In this document: in pieces, positions 37,138 to 47,447 of the stretch
How positions within the stretch are numbered: position 1 is the first letter of the stretch
Layout: each line of letters opens with the position of its first letter
Virus record (IMG/VR): IMGVR_UViG_3300023053_000001
Span: 32,001 to 96,000 of that record
Origin: a virus
Lineage: Duplodnaviria; Caudoviricetes
Direction: 5' to 3' (one strand)
Length of the DNA stretch: 64,000 nt
Translations under genes and position numbers: made by a program
Notes under the pieces: generated by a model
Database searches by the model: none
Told to the model about the DNA's origin: nothing
What the model saw: the letters and a program-made list of their open reading frames with translations, nothing else

Positions 37138-39224
37138 GCTATTTCGACCTGAACGCGATGTTGGCGTTCAAGGACGCCAACGGCAAGCTGCAGCTGGGTA
37201 AGGACCGCGAGGCGGCCAAGCAGTATTTCCTCCAGTTCGTCAACCAGAACACCACCTTCTTCCACAACCTGGGCGAGAAGCTGAACTACCTGGTCGAGCA
37301 CAAGCACTACGACGAAAGCATCCTGTCGCTGTACGACTTCGAGTTCATCAAGGCGCGCTTCAAGCAGGCCTACGCCTACAAGCACCGCTTCCGCACCCTG
37401 ATGGGCGCCCTGAAGTATTACACCAGCTACAACCTGCGCACCAACGACGGCAAGCGCTTCCTGGAGCGCTTCGAAGACCGCGTGGTCATGAACGCCCTGA
37501 CCCTGGCCAACGGTGACCGTGAGCTGGCCATCGCCGTGGTCGATGAAATCATGACCGGCCGCTACCAGCCGGCCACCCCGACCTTCCTCAACGCCGGCCG
37601 CAAGCAGCGCGGTGAGCTGGTCTCCTGCTTCCTGATGCGCATGGAAGACAACATGGAGTCCATCGGTCGTGGCATCAACGGTTCCCTGCAGCTGTCCAAG
37701 CGTGGCGGCGGCGTAGCCCTGTGCCTGACCAACCTGCGTGAAGCTGGCGCTCCGATCAAGGGCATTGCCAATGCCGCCCGTGGTCCGGTGCCGGTGATGA
37801 AGATCCTGGACACCGCCTTCGCCTATGCCGACCAGCTGGGTCAGCGCCAGGGCGCCGGTGCGGTGTACATCTCGGCCGCCCATCCGGACCTGCTGAAGGT
37901 GCTGGACACCAAGCGCGAGAACGCCGACGAACTGACCCGCATCAAGATGCTCTCCCTCGGCGTGGTCGTGCCGGACATCATGATGGAGAAGGCCGCCGCT
38001 GGCGAGGACTTCTACCAGTTCTCCCCGTACGACGTGCAGCGCATCTACGGCAAGGCTCTGAGCGACATCAGCGTCACCGACATGTACGAAACCCTGCTCG
38101 ATGACGGCCGCATCCGCAAGACCAAGGCCAATGCCCGTGCCATCCTCACGCGCATCGCCGAGCTGAACATGGAATCGGGCTACCCGTACATCCTGTTCGA
38201 AGACGCCGCCAACCGCCAGAACCCGATCGCCGGCCGGATCTCCATGTCCAACCTGTGTTCGGAAATCCTGCAGGTCAGCGAGCCGTCGACCTACAACGAA
38301 GACCTGTCCTACAACCAGATGGGCAAGGACATCTCTTGCAACCTCGGTTCGATGAACGTGGCCAACGTCATCGCCGGCGGTGATCTGGACGCATCGGTGC
38401 GCATCGCAGTGCGCGCACTGACCGTGGTGGCAGCGACCTGCAACATCAGTTCGGTCCCCTCCATCCAGAAGGGTAACGATGACACCCGTGCCATCGGCCT
38501 GGGTCAGATGAACCTGCATGGCTTCCTGATGTCCAAGGGCGTGGCCTACGACAGCCCGAAGGCCCGTAGCTTTGCCCGTGCGTACTTCGCAGCGATCAAC
38601 TACTACAGCCTGAAGGCCTCGATGGAACTGGCCCGGGAAACCGGCCGTCCGTTCGCCGGCTTCGAAAACTCCGCATATGCGGACGGTTCGTACTTCACCA
38701 AGTACCTGGAGAAGGACTTCAACCCGAAGACCGACGAAGTGCGCGCCCTGTTCGGCGACTGCGCCCTGCCGACCCTGGAGAACTGGGAATGGCTGATGGG
38801 CATGGTCCAGCAGCACGGTCTGTATCACGCCTACCGTCAGGCCGTCGCGCCCAACGGTTCGATCGCCTACATCAACGACGCCACCTCTTCGATCCATCCG
38901 ACTGCCTCGGTCATCGAGCGTCGTCCGGAAGGCAAGACCGGCGAACGTTACTACCCGGCCCCGTACCTGACCGATGAGAACGCGTCGTCCTACCTGGACG
39001 CGTACCAGATCGGCTGGAAGGCGCAGATCGACATGTACGCCGAAGCGAACGTGCACGTGGATCAGGGCCTGTCCCTGACCCTGTTCATGCCGGCCTCGGT
39101 GACGACGCGCGACATCAATCAGGCCCAGATCTACGCGTGGAAGAAGGGTATCCGTACCATCTACTACGTGCGACTGGCAGAGAAACCGCTGGAAGGCACC
39201 GAGTGTGAATCCTGCAAGGCATAA
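37086..39224 (+). CDS. nrdE: Class Ib ribonucleotide reductase alpha subunit
   Basis: [45 protein letters not shown]; TTG start overlapping nrdI; no ATP cone. Confidence 0.97.
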   Translation: MDTIATSTAVAQRDDVMSYFDLNAMLAFKDANGKLQLGKDREAAKQYFLQFVNQNTTFFHNLGEKLNYLVEHKHYDESILSLYDFEFIKARFKQAYAYKHRFRTLMGALKYYTSYNLRTNDGKRFLERFEDRVVMNALTLANGDRELAIAVVDEIMTGRYQPATPTFLNAGRKQRGELVSCFLMRMEDNMESIGRGINGSLQLSKRGGGVALCLTNLREAGAPIKGIANAARGPVPVMKILDTAFAYADQLGQRQGAGAVYISAAHPDLLKVLDTKRENADELTRIKMLSLGVVVPDIMMEKAAAGEDFYQFSPYDVQRIYGKALSDISVTDMYETLLDDGRIRKTKANARAILTRIAELNMESGYPYILFEDAANRQNPIAGRISMSNLCSEILQVSEPSTYNEDLSYNQMGKDISCNLGSMNVANVIAGGDLDASVRIAVRALTVVAATCNISSVPSIQKGNDDTRAIGLGQMNLHGFLMSKGVAYDSPKARSFARAYFAAINYYSLKASMELARETGRPFAGFENSAYADGSYFTKYLEKDFNPKTDEVRALFGDCALPTLENWEWLMGMVQQHGLYHAYRQAVAPNGSIAYINDATSSIHPTASVIERRPEGKTGERYYPAPYLTDENASSYLDAYQIGWKAQIDMYAEANVHVDQGLSLTLFMPASVTTRDINQAQIYAWKKGIRTIYYVRLAEKPLEGTECESCKA

Positions 39225-39235
39225 CGAGAAACATC

Positions 39236-40246
39236 ATGCTTGACGCAACCGCTGCAACCGAATACCCGGATGTTGAAGCCATCAACTGGAACGAGCCTGC
39301 CGACCCGAAAGACGTCGAGGTGTTCGACCGGCTGGTGAAGAACTTCTGGGTTCCTGAAAAGATCCCGATGTCGGGTGACCTGCCCTCGTGGGCAACCCTG
39401 ACCGCTGAAGAGCAGGAAACGACCGAGCAGGCCTTTGCGGGCCTGACGCTGTTGGACACCCTGCAGTCCTCGCACGGCGCCAAGATGCTGATCGACGACG
39501 CGGTGACGCAACAGGAAGAGGCGGTCTACGCCAACATCATCTTCATGGAAGCGATCCACGCCAAGTCCTACAGCAACATCTTCACCACGCTGTGCTCGAC
39601 CGAGCGCATCCGTGAGATCTTCCGCTGGGCCCGTGAGAACGAGTTCCTGCAGAAGAAGAAGAACATCGTGCTGAGCCGTTACTACGGCAGCGACCCGTTC
39701 AAGCGCAAGATCGCCTCGGTCCTGTTGGAGTCGTTCCTGTTCTACAGCGGCTTCTTCCTGCCGCTGTACTGGGATAGTCGCCAGAAGCTGCCCAACACCG
39801 CGAACATGATCAAGCTGATCATCCGCGATGAAGCAGTCCACGGCTACTACATCGGCTACAAGTACCAGACCCAGGTGGCCAACCTCTCGGCCGAGCGCCA
39901 GCAGGAACTGAAGGACTTCACCTACGAGCTGCTGATGGAGTTGTACGACAACGAGGTGCTCTACACCCAGTCGCTGTACGACAAGATCGGTCTGACCGAG
40001 CAGGTCAAGAAGTTCCTGCACTACAACGCCAACAAGGCCCTGATGAACCTGGGCTACGACGCGCTGTTCCCGGCGTCGGTGTGTGATGTCAATCCGTCCA
40101 TCCTGGCCGCGCTCGCCCCGGAAGGAGCCGTCAACCACGACTTCTTCTCGGTGCAGGGTTCGACCTACAAGATGGCCGAAGTGGCGCCCACCACCGACGA
40201 TGACTGGAAAGTCACCGTCGACGAAGACGAAGAGGAGGAAATGTGA
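39236..40246 (+). CDS. nrdF: Class Ib ribonucleotide reductase beta subunit
   Basis: LTLLDT, MEAIHAKSY, LESFLFYSGF, IRDEAVHG. Confidence 0.97.
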   Translation: MLDATAATEYPDVEAINWNEPADPKDVEVFDRLVKNFWVPEKIPMSGDLPSWATLTAEEQETTEQAFAGLTLLDTLQSSHGAKMLIDDAVTQQEEAVYANIIFMEAIHAKSYSNIFTTLCSTERIREIFRWARENEFLQKKKNIVLSRYYGSDPFKRKIASVLLESFLFYSGFFLPLYWDSRQKLPNTANMIKLIIRDEAVHGYYIGYKYQTQVANLSAERQQELKDFTYELLMELYDNEVLYTQSLYDKIGLTEQVKKFLHYNANKALMNLGYDALFPASVCDVNPSILAALAPEGAVNHDFFSVQGSTYKMAEVAPTTDDDWKVTVDEDEEEEM

Positions 40247-40247
40247 C

Positions 40248-40730
40248 ATGAAGATCATCCGCATGATCCTCGTGTATCTGGCCTCGATGGTCCTGTCCAA
40301 GGAACTGGCCGCACTGGAACGCTACCGGCTGAGCATTCAGCAGGCCGACCAGTGGCTGGCTTCGCACCCGGAGTACGTGGAACTGCTGAAGTGGCTGAAG
40401 GGCGAAGGTGAAGGTACCGACGCCCTGCACATCGGCAAGCTGCGTGCGGATCTGGTGGCCCGGCAGGAGAACCACTTCGAGCAACTGCTGCAGAAGTACC
40501 TGGACGGTTACCTGCGTGCTGATGGTTCCCGTCAGTACGTCCCGCCCATGGTGCGTGAGCGTCTGGAACAGTTCATGGCCGGTGGTCCGGTCATCGATCT
40601 GTCCAAGGGCAGTTCGGCACATCTGGAAGCCGTGGGTGAGCGCATGCGCACCGGACTGCATCTGGCACAGCTGCGTATCCCGCTGCCCGGTGAACCCGGT
40701 GCAGAGCCCACCTCCGAAGTGTCGGCATAA
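40248..40730 (+). CDS. Hypothetical protein (160 aa)
   Basis: SD gaggagg; coupled to nrdF. Confidence 0.75.
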   Translation: MKIIRMILVYLASMVLSKELAALERYRLSIQQADQWLASHPEYVELLKWLKGEGEGTDALHIGKLRADLVARQENHFEQLLQKYLDGYLRADGSRQYVPPMVRERLEQFMAGGPVIDLSKGSSAHLEAVGERMRTGLHLAQLRIPLPGEPGAEPTSEVSA

Positions 40731-40776
40731 GCGTCACGCCCCTCCTGCCTTCGGGCGGGAGGGGTTTTATGCCGGA

Positions 40777-40802
40777 TCATCGTAAACAATTACAAACCTA
40801 CA
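40777..40802 (+). promoter_or_regulatory. 26-bp motif, copy 2 (putative promoter)
   Basis: tcatcgtaaacaattacaaacctaca. Confidence 0.6.
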
Positions 40803-40880
40803 ACATCCATATGCTACCCATAAGGATCGAATGTTCGGTCGGCGTAGCTTTCTGTTGTTTATACCTATTGAGAGGTAGCG

Positions 40881-41747
40881 ATGAGTCAGTTTGTGAAAAC
40901 CATTGAGATGCCCGGCGAGTGGATTCAATCCAACGTTGGCAACGGCGTTAACCTGAGACCGATCCACGAGATCTATGACTGGGCCATGGAGAACATGCAG
41001 CCTGGCGAGGAAGTCGTGGGGTTCTATCCGGGTTGGACGCAGAACCACTACACGCGCAACACGTTCCGCATTCGTCGTCGCAGCTGTTACGCCGAGGGTG
41101 TCGTCTGCATGCCCAATGAAGTCATCGTACTTCGCTGCGGTGAAGTCGGTCTGTACTACCTGCCAGGGTTGATCGACGTTGGGATGATTGAATCGCGCCT
41201 GTCCGAACGTGCCAGCGCTAAACGTTTTGAACGTGACCGCGCGCAACACAAAACGTACCTGCGGGTACTGGACATGTCGACTGGCAAGCATAGCTGGCAG
41301 GATACTCGCCAGTTCCGCGTGGAGGATACCTTCTCCATGCTGCACGATCAGATACCGGCCCACATCGGCTGGGCGTCCATGACGATGCGTCGGATGTTCG
41401 CCTCGGCCAGGCCGTGGGAACTCTACACCGAAGACCTCGACGACGAACGCAGGGCCGAAGTGCTGGAAGAAGCCAAGTCCCGCGCTATCTTCCCCACAGG
41501 ACAATCGCGCGACGTACGGGATCTGCTGTACAACACTCCTTACAACGATGCGGCCCGATTCATTTTCGACGGCGGAAACACGTCCTATGAATTGGTTACG
41601 CCTGAATTCATCCAGGCCTACCGCGCAGTGCGTGACTGGGTCGACCAATTCCCGATTCATCTCAAGGTCTCGGACAAGGACGAACAGCGCGCCAGTCTTT
41701 TCGATCTCATCGAGCAGCTCCGCTCCCTTCTGAACATCAAGATCTGA
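40881..41747 (+). CDS. Hypothetical protein (288 aa)
   Basis: SD gaggt. Confidence 0.8.
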   Translation: MSQFVKTIEMPGEWIQSNVGNGVNLRPIHEIYDWAMENMQPGEEVVGFYPGWTQNHYTRNTFRIRRRSCYAEGVVCMPNEVIVLRCGEVGLYYLPGLIDVGMIESRLSERASAKRFERDRAQHKTYLRVLDMSTGKHSWQDTRQFRVEDTFSMLHDQIPAHIGWASMTMRRMFASARPWELYTEDLDDERRAEVLEEAKSRAIFPTGQSRDVRDLLYNTPYNDAARFIFDGGNTSYELVTPEFIQAYRAVRDWVDQFPIHLKVSDKDEQRASLFDLIEQLRSLLNIKI

Positions 41748-41762
41748 CCACAAGAGAACCCA

Positions 41763-42227
41763 ATGAAGATCCTCGCTTCTTTCCCTGGTGTGGGTAAGTC
41801 CCACCTCGCTACCCAGCACCCGGAGCTGTACGACATCGAGCAGCACGAATGGCCGCAGTTGCGTCAGGCCAATCCGGATAAAACCGTGGCCGAACTGGCG
41901 GTGATGTTTGCCGACCGTGTGGACTCGGCCATCCAGAAGGGCTACTCGGTGTTCATCCCGGCCCACAACGAAGTGGCCGATGAACTGGTGCGCCGTGGAC
42001 ATGAAGTCATCTTCGTGTACCCGACCCGTCAGTGCAAGGATGAATACATCCGTCGCATGGCGATGCGCGGTACGCATCAGATCGCTCAGCTGTTCGCCCA
42101 ACGCTGGGATGAACTGATCGATCGTGCGCTGGTGCGTAAGTACGTCAAGCACGTGGTGATCGGTGCCGGTCAGTATCTGTCGGACATCGTGACCTTCGAC
42201 GCTGACGGCTTCGTCGTCAAAGCCTGA
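41763..42227 (+). CDS. Small P-loop NTPase/kinase-like protein
   Basis: N-terminal ASFPGVGKSHL. Confidence 0.75.
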   Translation: MKILASFPGVGKSHLATQHPELYDIEQHEWPQLRQANPDKTVAELAVMFADRVDSAIQKGYSVFIPAHNEVADELVRRGHEVIFVYPTRQCKDEYIRRMAMRGTHQIAQLFAQRWDELIDRALVRKYVKHVVIGAGQYLSDIVTFDADGFVVKA

Positions 42228-42271
42228 CCCTAGTGGGGAGGGCAACCTCCCCACTCTCAGCGAGAACTGAA

Positions 42272-42535
42272 ATGAAAAACAGCATTGCCGACGCCCACTA
42301 TAAAGCCCACGTCAAGGCCCGCTGGAAAATGGTTCTGGCCACGATGATGATGGCCCTCCACGCTAGCATCGTCGCGTGGTCAGTGTGCAACTTCGCCGGT
42401 TGGATTGACGTCGTAGTCATCATGCTCAACCTGATCGGTTTCCACTACTACTTCCATATGCGCCGCCGGCTGGAGCAGACCGCATTGGCGGCGCTGCATC
42501 GTTACAAGGCCTACCAGCACGAGGTGGCGATGTGA
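42272..42535 (+). CDS. Two-TM membrane protein (87 aa)
   Basis: Two hydrophobic helices. Confidence 0.65.
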   Translation: MKNSIADAHYKAHVKARWKMVLATMMMALHASIVAWSVCNFAGWIDVVVIMLNLIGFHYYFHMRRRLEQTALAALHRYKAYQHEVAM

Positions 42536-42804
42536 CCGCGCGCGAAGAGCATGCCAAGTACCTGAACTGGTGCTTATTCAGTAACGTCATTCAGATCGAA
42601 TGGCGAGTGCTGTTGGTGATTGCCTCCATCGCCGCCCTCATCTACCACACGTTCTGGCGCGAGTGGGACATGTTCACCCCGCTGGCATGGTGGTCCCTGG
42701 CCTACGTTGCCTATCAGCTGTGGGCAGAGATCATTCACCACCACGATGCCTTGAAGTATTACGTCAAGCATTACACCTTCTACCTCGACTCCATACCGAC
42801 ATGA
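42532..42804 (+). CDS. Two-TM membrane protein (90 aa), similar layout to upstream gene
   Basis: GTGA overlap; SD gaggt. Confidence 0.65.
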   Translation: MTAREEHAKYLNWCLFSNVIQIEWRVLLVIASIAALIYHTFWREWDMFTPLAWWSLAYVAYQLWAEIIHHHDALKYYVKHYTFYLDSIPT

Positions 42805-43211
42805 ACTTCGAAATCAATTACCCGGAAAGCCCGCTCTTTGTCATCGCCAAGGCGGTGGATGAGGGCCTGACCCGCTTGGCGGCGCGTGAGCGTTCCGGAC
42901 AGATGGGCGCTGAATACATCGTCAACCCCAAGGAAGTGCAGTTCGCCTGCCTGACTTGGTTCGGCTTCCAGGTTGCCACCCGCACCCAGATCGATGAAGT
43001 CTTCGAAGCGCTGGAAACGGCCTTCGCATTCGTACTCGATCCCAAGAAGATGGCTGACCTGCGCGAGTTCTTGGAAGTGCTCAACAAGAAGCTGCCTGGC
43101 GCCGACGTGCCGGCGGTCTCGGCACAGTTGGCCGACGCCTTCGCCGTCAGTGAGAACGCTGCGGTGCTGATCCTCGCCATCCGTTTCTCCATCCTGCGCA
43201 GGAAAGGTTGA
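42801..43211 (+). CDS. Hypothetical protein (136 aa)
   Basis: ATGA overlap. Confidence 0.7.
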   Translation: MNFEINYPESPLFVIAKAVDEGLTRLAARERSGQMGAEYIVNPKEVQFACLTWFGFQVATRTQIDEVFEALETAFAFVLDPKKMADLREFLEVLNKKLPGADVPAVSAQLADAFAVSENAAVLILAIRFSILRRKG

Positions 43212-43212
43212 C

Positions 43213-43815
43213 ATGATCGGAAACCTGAAAGAACTGGTCACGATGTTCGCCAACTTCGACCAGATGGAACGTGCATTGGTCCGCGACCTGCAGGCCACGC
43301 AGCCCGATACCCAGGAACGCGCCAGTGCGCAGGTCTGGGTGGACCACATGCGCAACTCGCTGTTCACCCTCAACCGCGTTTTCGGCACCCCCACCAATAC
43401 CGCCGCCGACAACGAGCTGTTGATGCGCACCCTCCATGAGAAGGTGCAGCAGATCCTCAGTGCCATCGAGACCACGCACGGCATCCTGTGTAAGGCCAGT
43501 GCTGGTGGTCCGCTGGCCTTCAACCACGATCATCTCGAGCGTATCCTCTCGGCCGATGTGACTACGGCCCTGACGACCCAGCATGAAGGGTCGATCGATC
43601 GCAACCATTCGGTGCTGCTGGACAACCTGAACTACCTGCTGGCTTTCGTCTCGGACGTGGAGCACTTCAGCTGGTTGATCGGTCAGCGTGTCAATGTCGA
43701 GCGCACGCTGTTCTCCACCTGTCAGGAAATCCGTCGGCGGATGCAGTCGCCTTCAGTCATGCCGGCCACCACCCTTTCTCGCATCCTGCGCCGCATGTGC
43801 GCAGACTATCGTTAA
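43213..43815 (+). CDS. Hypothetical protein (200 aa)
   Basis: Coupled start. Confidence 0.75.
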   Translation: MIGNLKELVTMFANFDQMERALVRDLQATQPDTQERASAQVWVDHMRNSLFTLNRVFGTPTNTAADNELLMRTLHEKVQQILSAIETTHGILCKASAGGPLAFNHDHLERILSADVTTALTTQHEGSIDRNHSVLLDNLNYLLAFVSDVEHFSWLIGQRVNVERTLFSTCQEIRRRMQSPSVMPATTLSRILRRMCADYR

Positions 43816-43827
43816 CGAGGTATCTCC

Positions 43828-44214
43828 GTGAGCAAAGAAGTCAAGTACATCGTCGGACTGGACCTGTCTGACATCAACAAGCGCAAGCTCGAAGCCATCG
43901 TCTTCGCCACGTCCATGACCCACAAGGATGCCGCCAAGATGTTCGGCTTCGGCGACAACGTCGTCGGCGCCGGCTTTGCCCGTCTGGGCCTGAGCGATGG
44001 CAAGATCGAAGTGTCCGTGTACGGTCGCTCCGAATCGCTGGGTATCGAACGCCATCCGCTGGATGGTAAGTACGTGCGTCGTGCGCTGGGTCTGCAGGAT
44101 GCGGACATGTCCAATGAAGAGCGCATCGCCGACTACCAGGCCGGCGTTGATGTGGTCAGCCCGCGTAAGCGCGCTGCCGCGCAGGGCCGTACCCTGTCGG
44201 GTCGTGCTGGCTGA
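43828..44214 (+). CDS. Conserved phage hypothetical protein (128 aa)
   Basis: IVF...M.H...VVGAGF...YGRSESL motif, recalled from other phage proteins. Confidence 0.75.
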   Translation: MSKEVKYIVGLDLSDINKRKLEAIVFATSMTHKDAAKMFGFGDNVVGAGFARLGLSDGKIEVSVYGRSESLGIERHPLDGKYVRRALGLQDADMSNEERIADYQAGVDVVSPRKRAAAQGRTLSGRAG

Positions 44215-44495
44215 TGTTAGCCCATGAAATCGAACGCGCCCGTCTGAACGAGCGCATCCGGTCGATCAGTGACGATGAGCTGCGCAGGAACCTGCGCGAC
44301 TACCGTCGTGACATCAATAAGCGCGAGAACATCCTCAAGCGTGGTGCTAAAGCAGTCATGGCTCCGCCCAAGGCTGACGGCAGTTACGTGAAAGGCAATC
44401 GCGCTTACCGTGCCCATGATGAACTGGAACTGTGTCACAAGTTCCTCGATGAGCGCGGCGTCCCGCGTTGCGACTGGCACGTCCAGTTGTCCTGA
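44214..44495 (+). CDS. Hypothetical protein (93 aa)
   Basis: TGATG coupling. Confidence 0.7.
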   Translation: MLAHEIERARLNERIRSISDDELRRNLRDYRRDINKRENILKRGAKAVMAPPKADGSYVKGNRAYRAHDELELCHKFLDERGVPRCDWHVQLS

Positions 44496-44539
44496 TCCCT
44501 AACCCCACTCCTTAACCGGGGTGGGGTTTTATTCCCTCT

Positions 44540-45256
44540 GTGAGAACCCCGATGAGCACCCGATCCAATTCCTACTATCACCTCGCCATTGCTCAGCAGT
44601 TCTATCTGGCCATGCGCGGCACGCCCGTGCCGGCCCAGCTGCCGCTGTACCAGCCCCACCAGAACCCCGACACCGGCCTGTACCGCTACGATGATAACGG
44701 CCTGCTGGCAGTTTACCTGGAGTCGTCCATTGCCGATACGCTGCTGGCCGTGTTCGAACGCACCGACGAAGCTGCGGTGAACTACTGCAGCGTGGCGTTG
44801 ATCATCAACGGCCAGATCATCGAAGACGTGCGTGATCCCAAGTACCGCACCGGTTCCAGCGAACGCCTGGCGGCGCTGGACAACGACATGATGCGGCGCT
44901 TTGCCGAACAGGCGCGCGATGAGATCACTGGTCCGTCGATGGATCAGGAGATCGTGTACCTGTGCGGGTACGTGCACCAGTATCCGGATCGTCCCTCCCA
45001 GATCTTCTTCTGGACGGGTAACCCGGAACATCCCTTCGTCATCGACAAGGAAGTGGAACTGGCTCTGCCGTTCCTGAACTTCAATGCCGCCACGATCATG
45101 GGCAACATCCTGGATTCGGCCCGTGAAGTGCTGGGCGTCACCGATCCGGACTGCGTGTTCACCGGCATGACGGTGCAGCTGAAAGAGCAGATCAGCAATC
45201 ACGCTGAGCCCACCCCGGAAGAGCTGATTGCCTCGGCGGATAAGCAGCTGCGCTGA
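44540..45256 (+). CDS. Hypothetical protein (about 235 aa)
   Basis: Long ORF with strong codon bias. Confidence 0.8.
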   Translation: MRTPMSTRSNSYYHLAIAQQFYLAMRGTPVPAQLPLYQPHQNPDTGLYRYDDNGLLAVYLESSIADTLLAVFERTDEAAVNYCSVALIINGQIIEDVRDPKYRTGSSERLAALDNDMMRRFAEQARDEITGPSMDQEIVYLCGYVHQYPDRPSQIFFWTGNPEHPFVIDKEVELALPFLNFNAATIMGNILDSAREVLGVTDPDCVFTGMTVQLKEQISNHAEPTPEELIASADKQLR

Positions 45257-45454
45257 GGTAAAAAATAGTCGTGAAGGCTATGTGTATGGACGGGGTCTGT
45301 GAAAATAGACCCCGGTTTCATACCTAGATATTCTGCCACACTTCCGGAGATGCTTTACAACCTGGCAATACCCACACTCACCGTCACATTCCGCGCATGA
45401 GAAACCGCAGACTTCTGTACGACGTTGGGCACAGTTCTTCCAGAGATAACGATC

Positions 45455-46081
45455 GTGTTCAAGATTTCCACTCAGATTTTCCTGCTCTTTGTTGCGTTGA
45501 TGTTGTCGGCGTGTGCCAACCTGGCTGATCGCTCCTCCACCTACATCGCAACCGCTCCTGTCGGCGTACCGGAATTCCCGGTCATTGCAGTTCTGGACAT
45601 TCCGCCGATGGAAGTCAAGGAACTGCCGATCCCGATCGTCCCATTGAACGAGCGTGCGCGCATCGTCATGAGTGAGGCCGAGATCCAATGCATGGCTCGC
45701 AACATGTACCACGAAGCACGTGGTGAAGGCGATACCGGCATGATTGCCGTTGGGTACGTGGTACTCAACCGCATGGGTTCCAAACGGTTTGACACGCGCA
45801 CCGTGTGCGCTACGGTCAACAAATCTGGCATCGTCAAAAAGACCGGTAAGCGGTCGTGCCAGTTCAGCTGGGTCTGTGCAGGGCGTACTGTCGCCTCCGG
45901 AGCCAAATCACAAGCGTCGTATGAGCGTGCACTGACGCTCGCACGGCAGGTTATGCTGCGATCGGTAGAGAACCCGATTGATGACAGCGTCTACTTCCAC
46001 AACAAAACAGTGCGCCCCTCCTACGCCCGAGAAGCGTATCGTGGGATCATAGGAGCACATCGCTTCTACGCATCTATCTGA
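45455..46081 (+). CDS. SleB-like cell wall hydrolase, predicted lipoprotein
   Basis: Signal peptide with lipobox LSAC; CMARNMYHEARGE, VGYVVLNR, CQFSW, YFH, IGAHRFY. Confidence 0.88.
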   Translation: MFKISTQIFLLFVALMLSACANLADRSSTYIATAPVGVPEFPVIAVLDIPPMEVKELPIPIVPLNERARIVMSEAEIQCMARNMYHEARGEGDTGMIAVGYVVLNRMGSKRFDTRTVCATVNKSGIVKKTGKRSCQFSWVCAGRTVASGAKSQASYERALTLARQVMLRSVENPIDDSVYFHNKTVRPSYAREAYRGIIGAHRFYASI

Positions 46082-46155
46082 CAGGAGTCAGGTAAACCTT
46101 CACCCGAATGAACCTTCTTGGCGGAAGGGTACATTCAATAGTTTGCGAGGTAGCT

Positions 46156-46404
46156 ATGAATACCCCGAGGCTGTCCCGGCTGCGTGAGCGCTTGGACAGT
46201 TTGAGTGAAGTGGGCCGAGCACGTGTGCTGTCCACTATTGGTTTTACGATCGGTCTGCTGACGACCCTGTTCCTGTGGTTCTACTACGACCACACCCAGG
46301 CGCTGTTCTGGTCCTCCAACGAGGGCCTGACGTTCATGCAGAGCGTACTTGCCTCCGTGCTGCTGTTGATCGTGATGATCTTTTCATACCTGATCCCCAG
46401 CTAG
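46156..46404 (+). CDS. Two-TM membrane protein (82 aa)
   Basis: SD gaggt; two hydrophobic helices. Confidence 0.65.
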   Translation: MNTPRLSRLRERLDSLSEVGRARVLSTIGFTIGLLTTLFLWFYYDHTQALFWSSNEGLTFMQSVLASVLLLIVMIFSYLIPS

Positions 46405-46453
46405 ATCCCATTCACGCCCCTCCTTCGGGAGGGGCTTTTTGACGCCTACCCAC

Positions 46454-46840
46454 ATGAACAAGAACGAACAGATCCAGGCTGCCATCCTCAATATCCGTAA
46501 AGAAGGCAGTCGTCGTGCAATGGCCTATAGCGAGGCCATGCGTCGTCATCGGGAAGAACAGAGCAAACGCCGTGGTGAACGCGACGGTCGATTCATGGCT
46601 GTCCTGCTGCGTAACATTCCCACGATGTTGTTGCTCTTCGTAATCGCTGCATGGTGTTTCAACGCTGCGTGGCTGTTGCTGGTGACGGTGGAGCCCAGCT
46701 TCGGGGCATGGTTCACAGGTGCCGTTCATGCGGCCGCTGGTATCCTCGCAGTGTGCGCAGCCATCTTGCGAGTGGCCTTCGAGTATCTGGACCTCAATCC
46801 GGAGATTCTCCCCCGTAAGTCCGAAGCTGCCAGTACCTGA
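46454..46840 (+). CDS. Two-TM membrane protein (128 aa)
   Basis: Basic N-terminus then two TM segments. Confidence 0.65.
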   Translation: MNKNEQIQAAILNIRKEGSRRAMAYSEAMRRHREEQSKRRGERDGRFMAVLLRNIPTMLLLFVIAAWCFNAAWLLLVTVEPSFGAWFTGAVHAAAGILAVCAAILRVAFEYLDLNPEILPRKSEAAST

Positions 46841-46843
46841 TGA

Positions 46844-46894
46844 CATAAGCCCCTCCTCCCGCAATGGGAGGAGGGGCTCTATGCTTTTTCTTTT
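46844..46894. terminator. Hairpin between convergent genes
   Basis: agcccctcctccc-gcaat-gggaggaggggct then T-tract. Confidence 0.75.
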
Positions 46895-46898
46895 GGCT

Positions 46899-47447
46899 TT
46901 ACGCCGGCAGTTCGTAGGTCAGGCCCGGCAGCACGTTGTTCACGATGACTGCGGCCAGATCGACGGTCGCCGACTTGATGGTCAGCAGCACGGTGCCGAT
47001 GTACTTCTCGGAGGTGGCCAGGATGGTCACCAGTTCTTCGCGCTCTTCGCCCGGTGCGCCGGTGAATTCTTCCAGATCGCGATCGGTGTAATCGCGACCG
47101 GCGGTCAGGTCGGTAGCGAACTTGACATTGAAGTCAGCAACCGCGTCAGAAAGCTTGAGCTTGCCCACCGAGTCGATCAGCAGGTCAGCCTTGGCGCCGA
47201 TGTCATCGCCGATGTGCAGGCGGGTGTAGCGCAGGGTCTGGCTACCGACGTAGGCAGTGCTACCTTCGGCGGCAGTCACGACGATTTCGGTGTTGGCCAG
47301 CGGGTTGGCCGGATCGGCGGCGCCGGAGTACACGGTGGGTGCTGCGTGGGTGTAGTCGGTCTGCTTCAGATTGGCAGCAGTATCCGGATTCACTGCCACG
47401 ACCATGTCATGCAGCAGCGTCTTGAAAGGAAGGGTCAGATTGCTCAT
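46899..47447 (-). CDS. phiKZ-like virion structural protein (182 aa)
   Basis: NT.IVV.A...Y.G...LRYTRL...SEKYIGTV pattern shared with 51484, 52625 and 60176 genes. Confidence 0.6.
   Translation of the reverse strand: MSNLTLPFKTLLHDMVVAVNPDTAANLKQTDYTHAAPTVYSGAADPANPLANTEIVVTAAEGSTAYVGSQTLRYTRLHIGDDIGAKADLLIDSVGKLKLSDAVADFNVKFATDLTAGRDYTDRDLEEFTGAPGEEREELVTILATSEKYIGTVLLTIKSATVDLAAVIVNNVLPGLTYELPA

Noticed and set aside
37020-39056. Long antisense ORFs (37020-39056, 8050-9192, 15699-17159, 28849-30441 and many shorter ones)
   Set aside because: Mirror frames of strongly GC3-biased genes; no SD or motifs; expected by-product of codon bias.
39236-40246. Metal-free class Ie NrdF
   Set aside because: All canonical carboxylate and His ligands are present.
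4801-43215. Six gene junctions with exact TGA-C-ATG (4801, 7482, 24676, 33115, 40244, 43209), considered as 4-base readthrough sites for the odd tRNA-like element
   Set aside because: Several of the downstream genes (e.g. 33119, 40248, 43213) have their own SD, CATG start context is common here, and the loop (TTCA) would read UGAA rather than UGAC. Ordinary translational coupling explains them.
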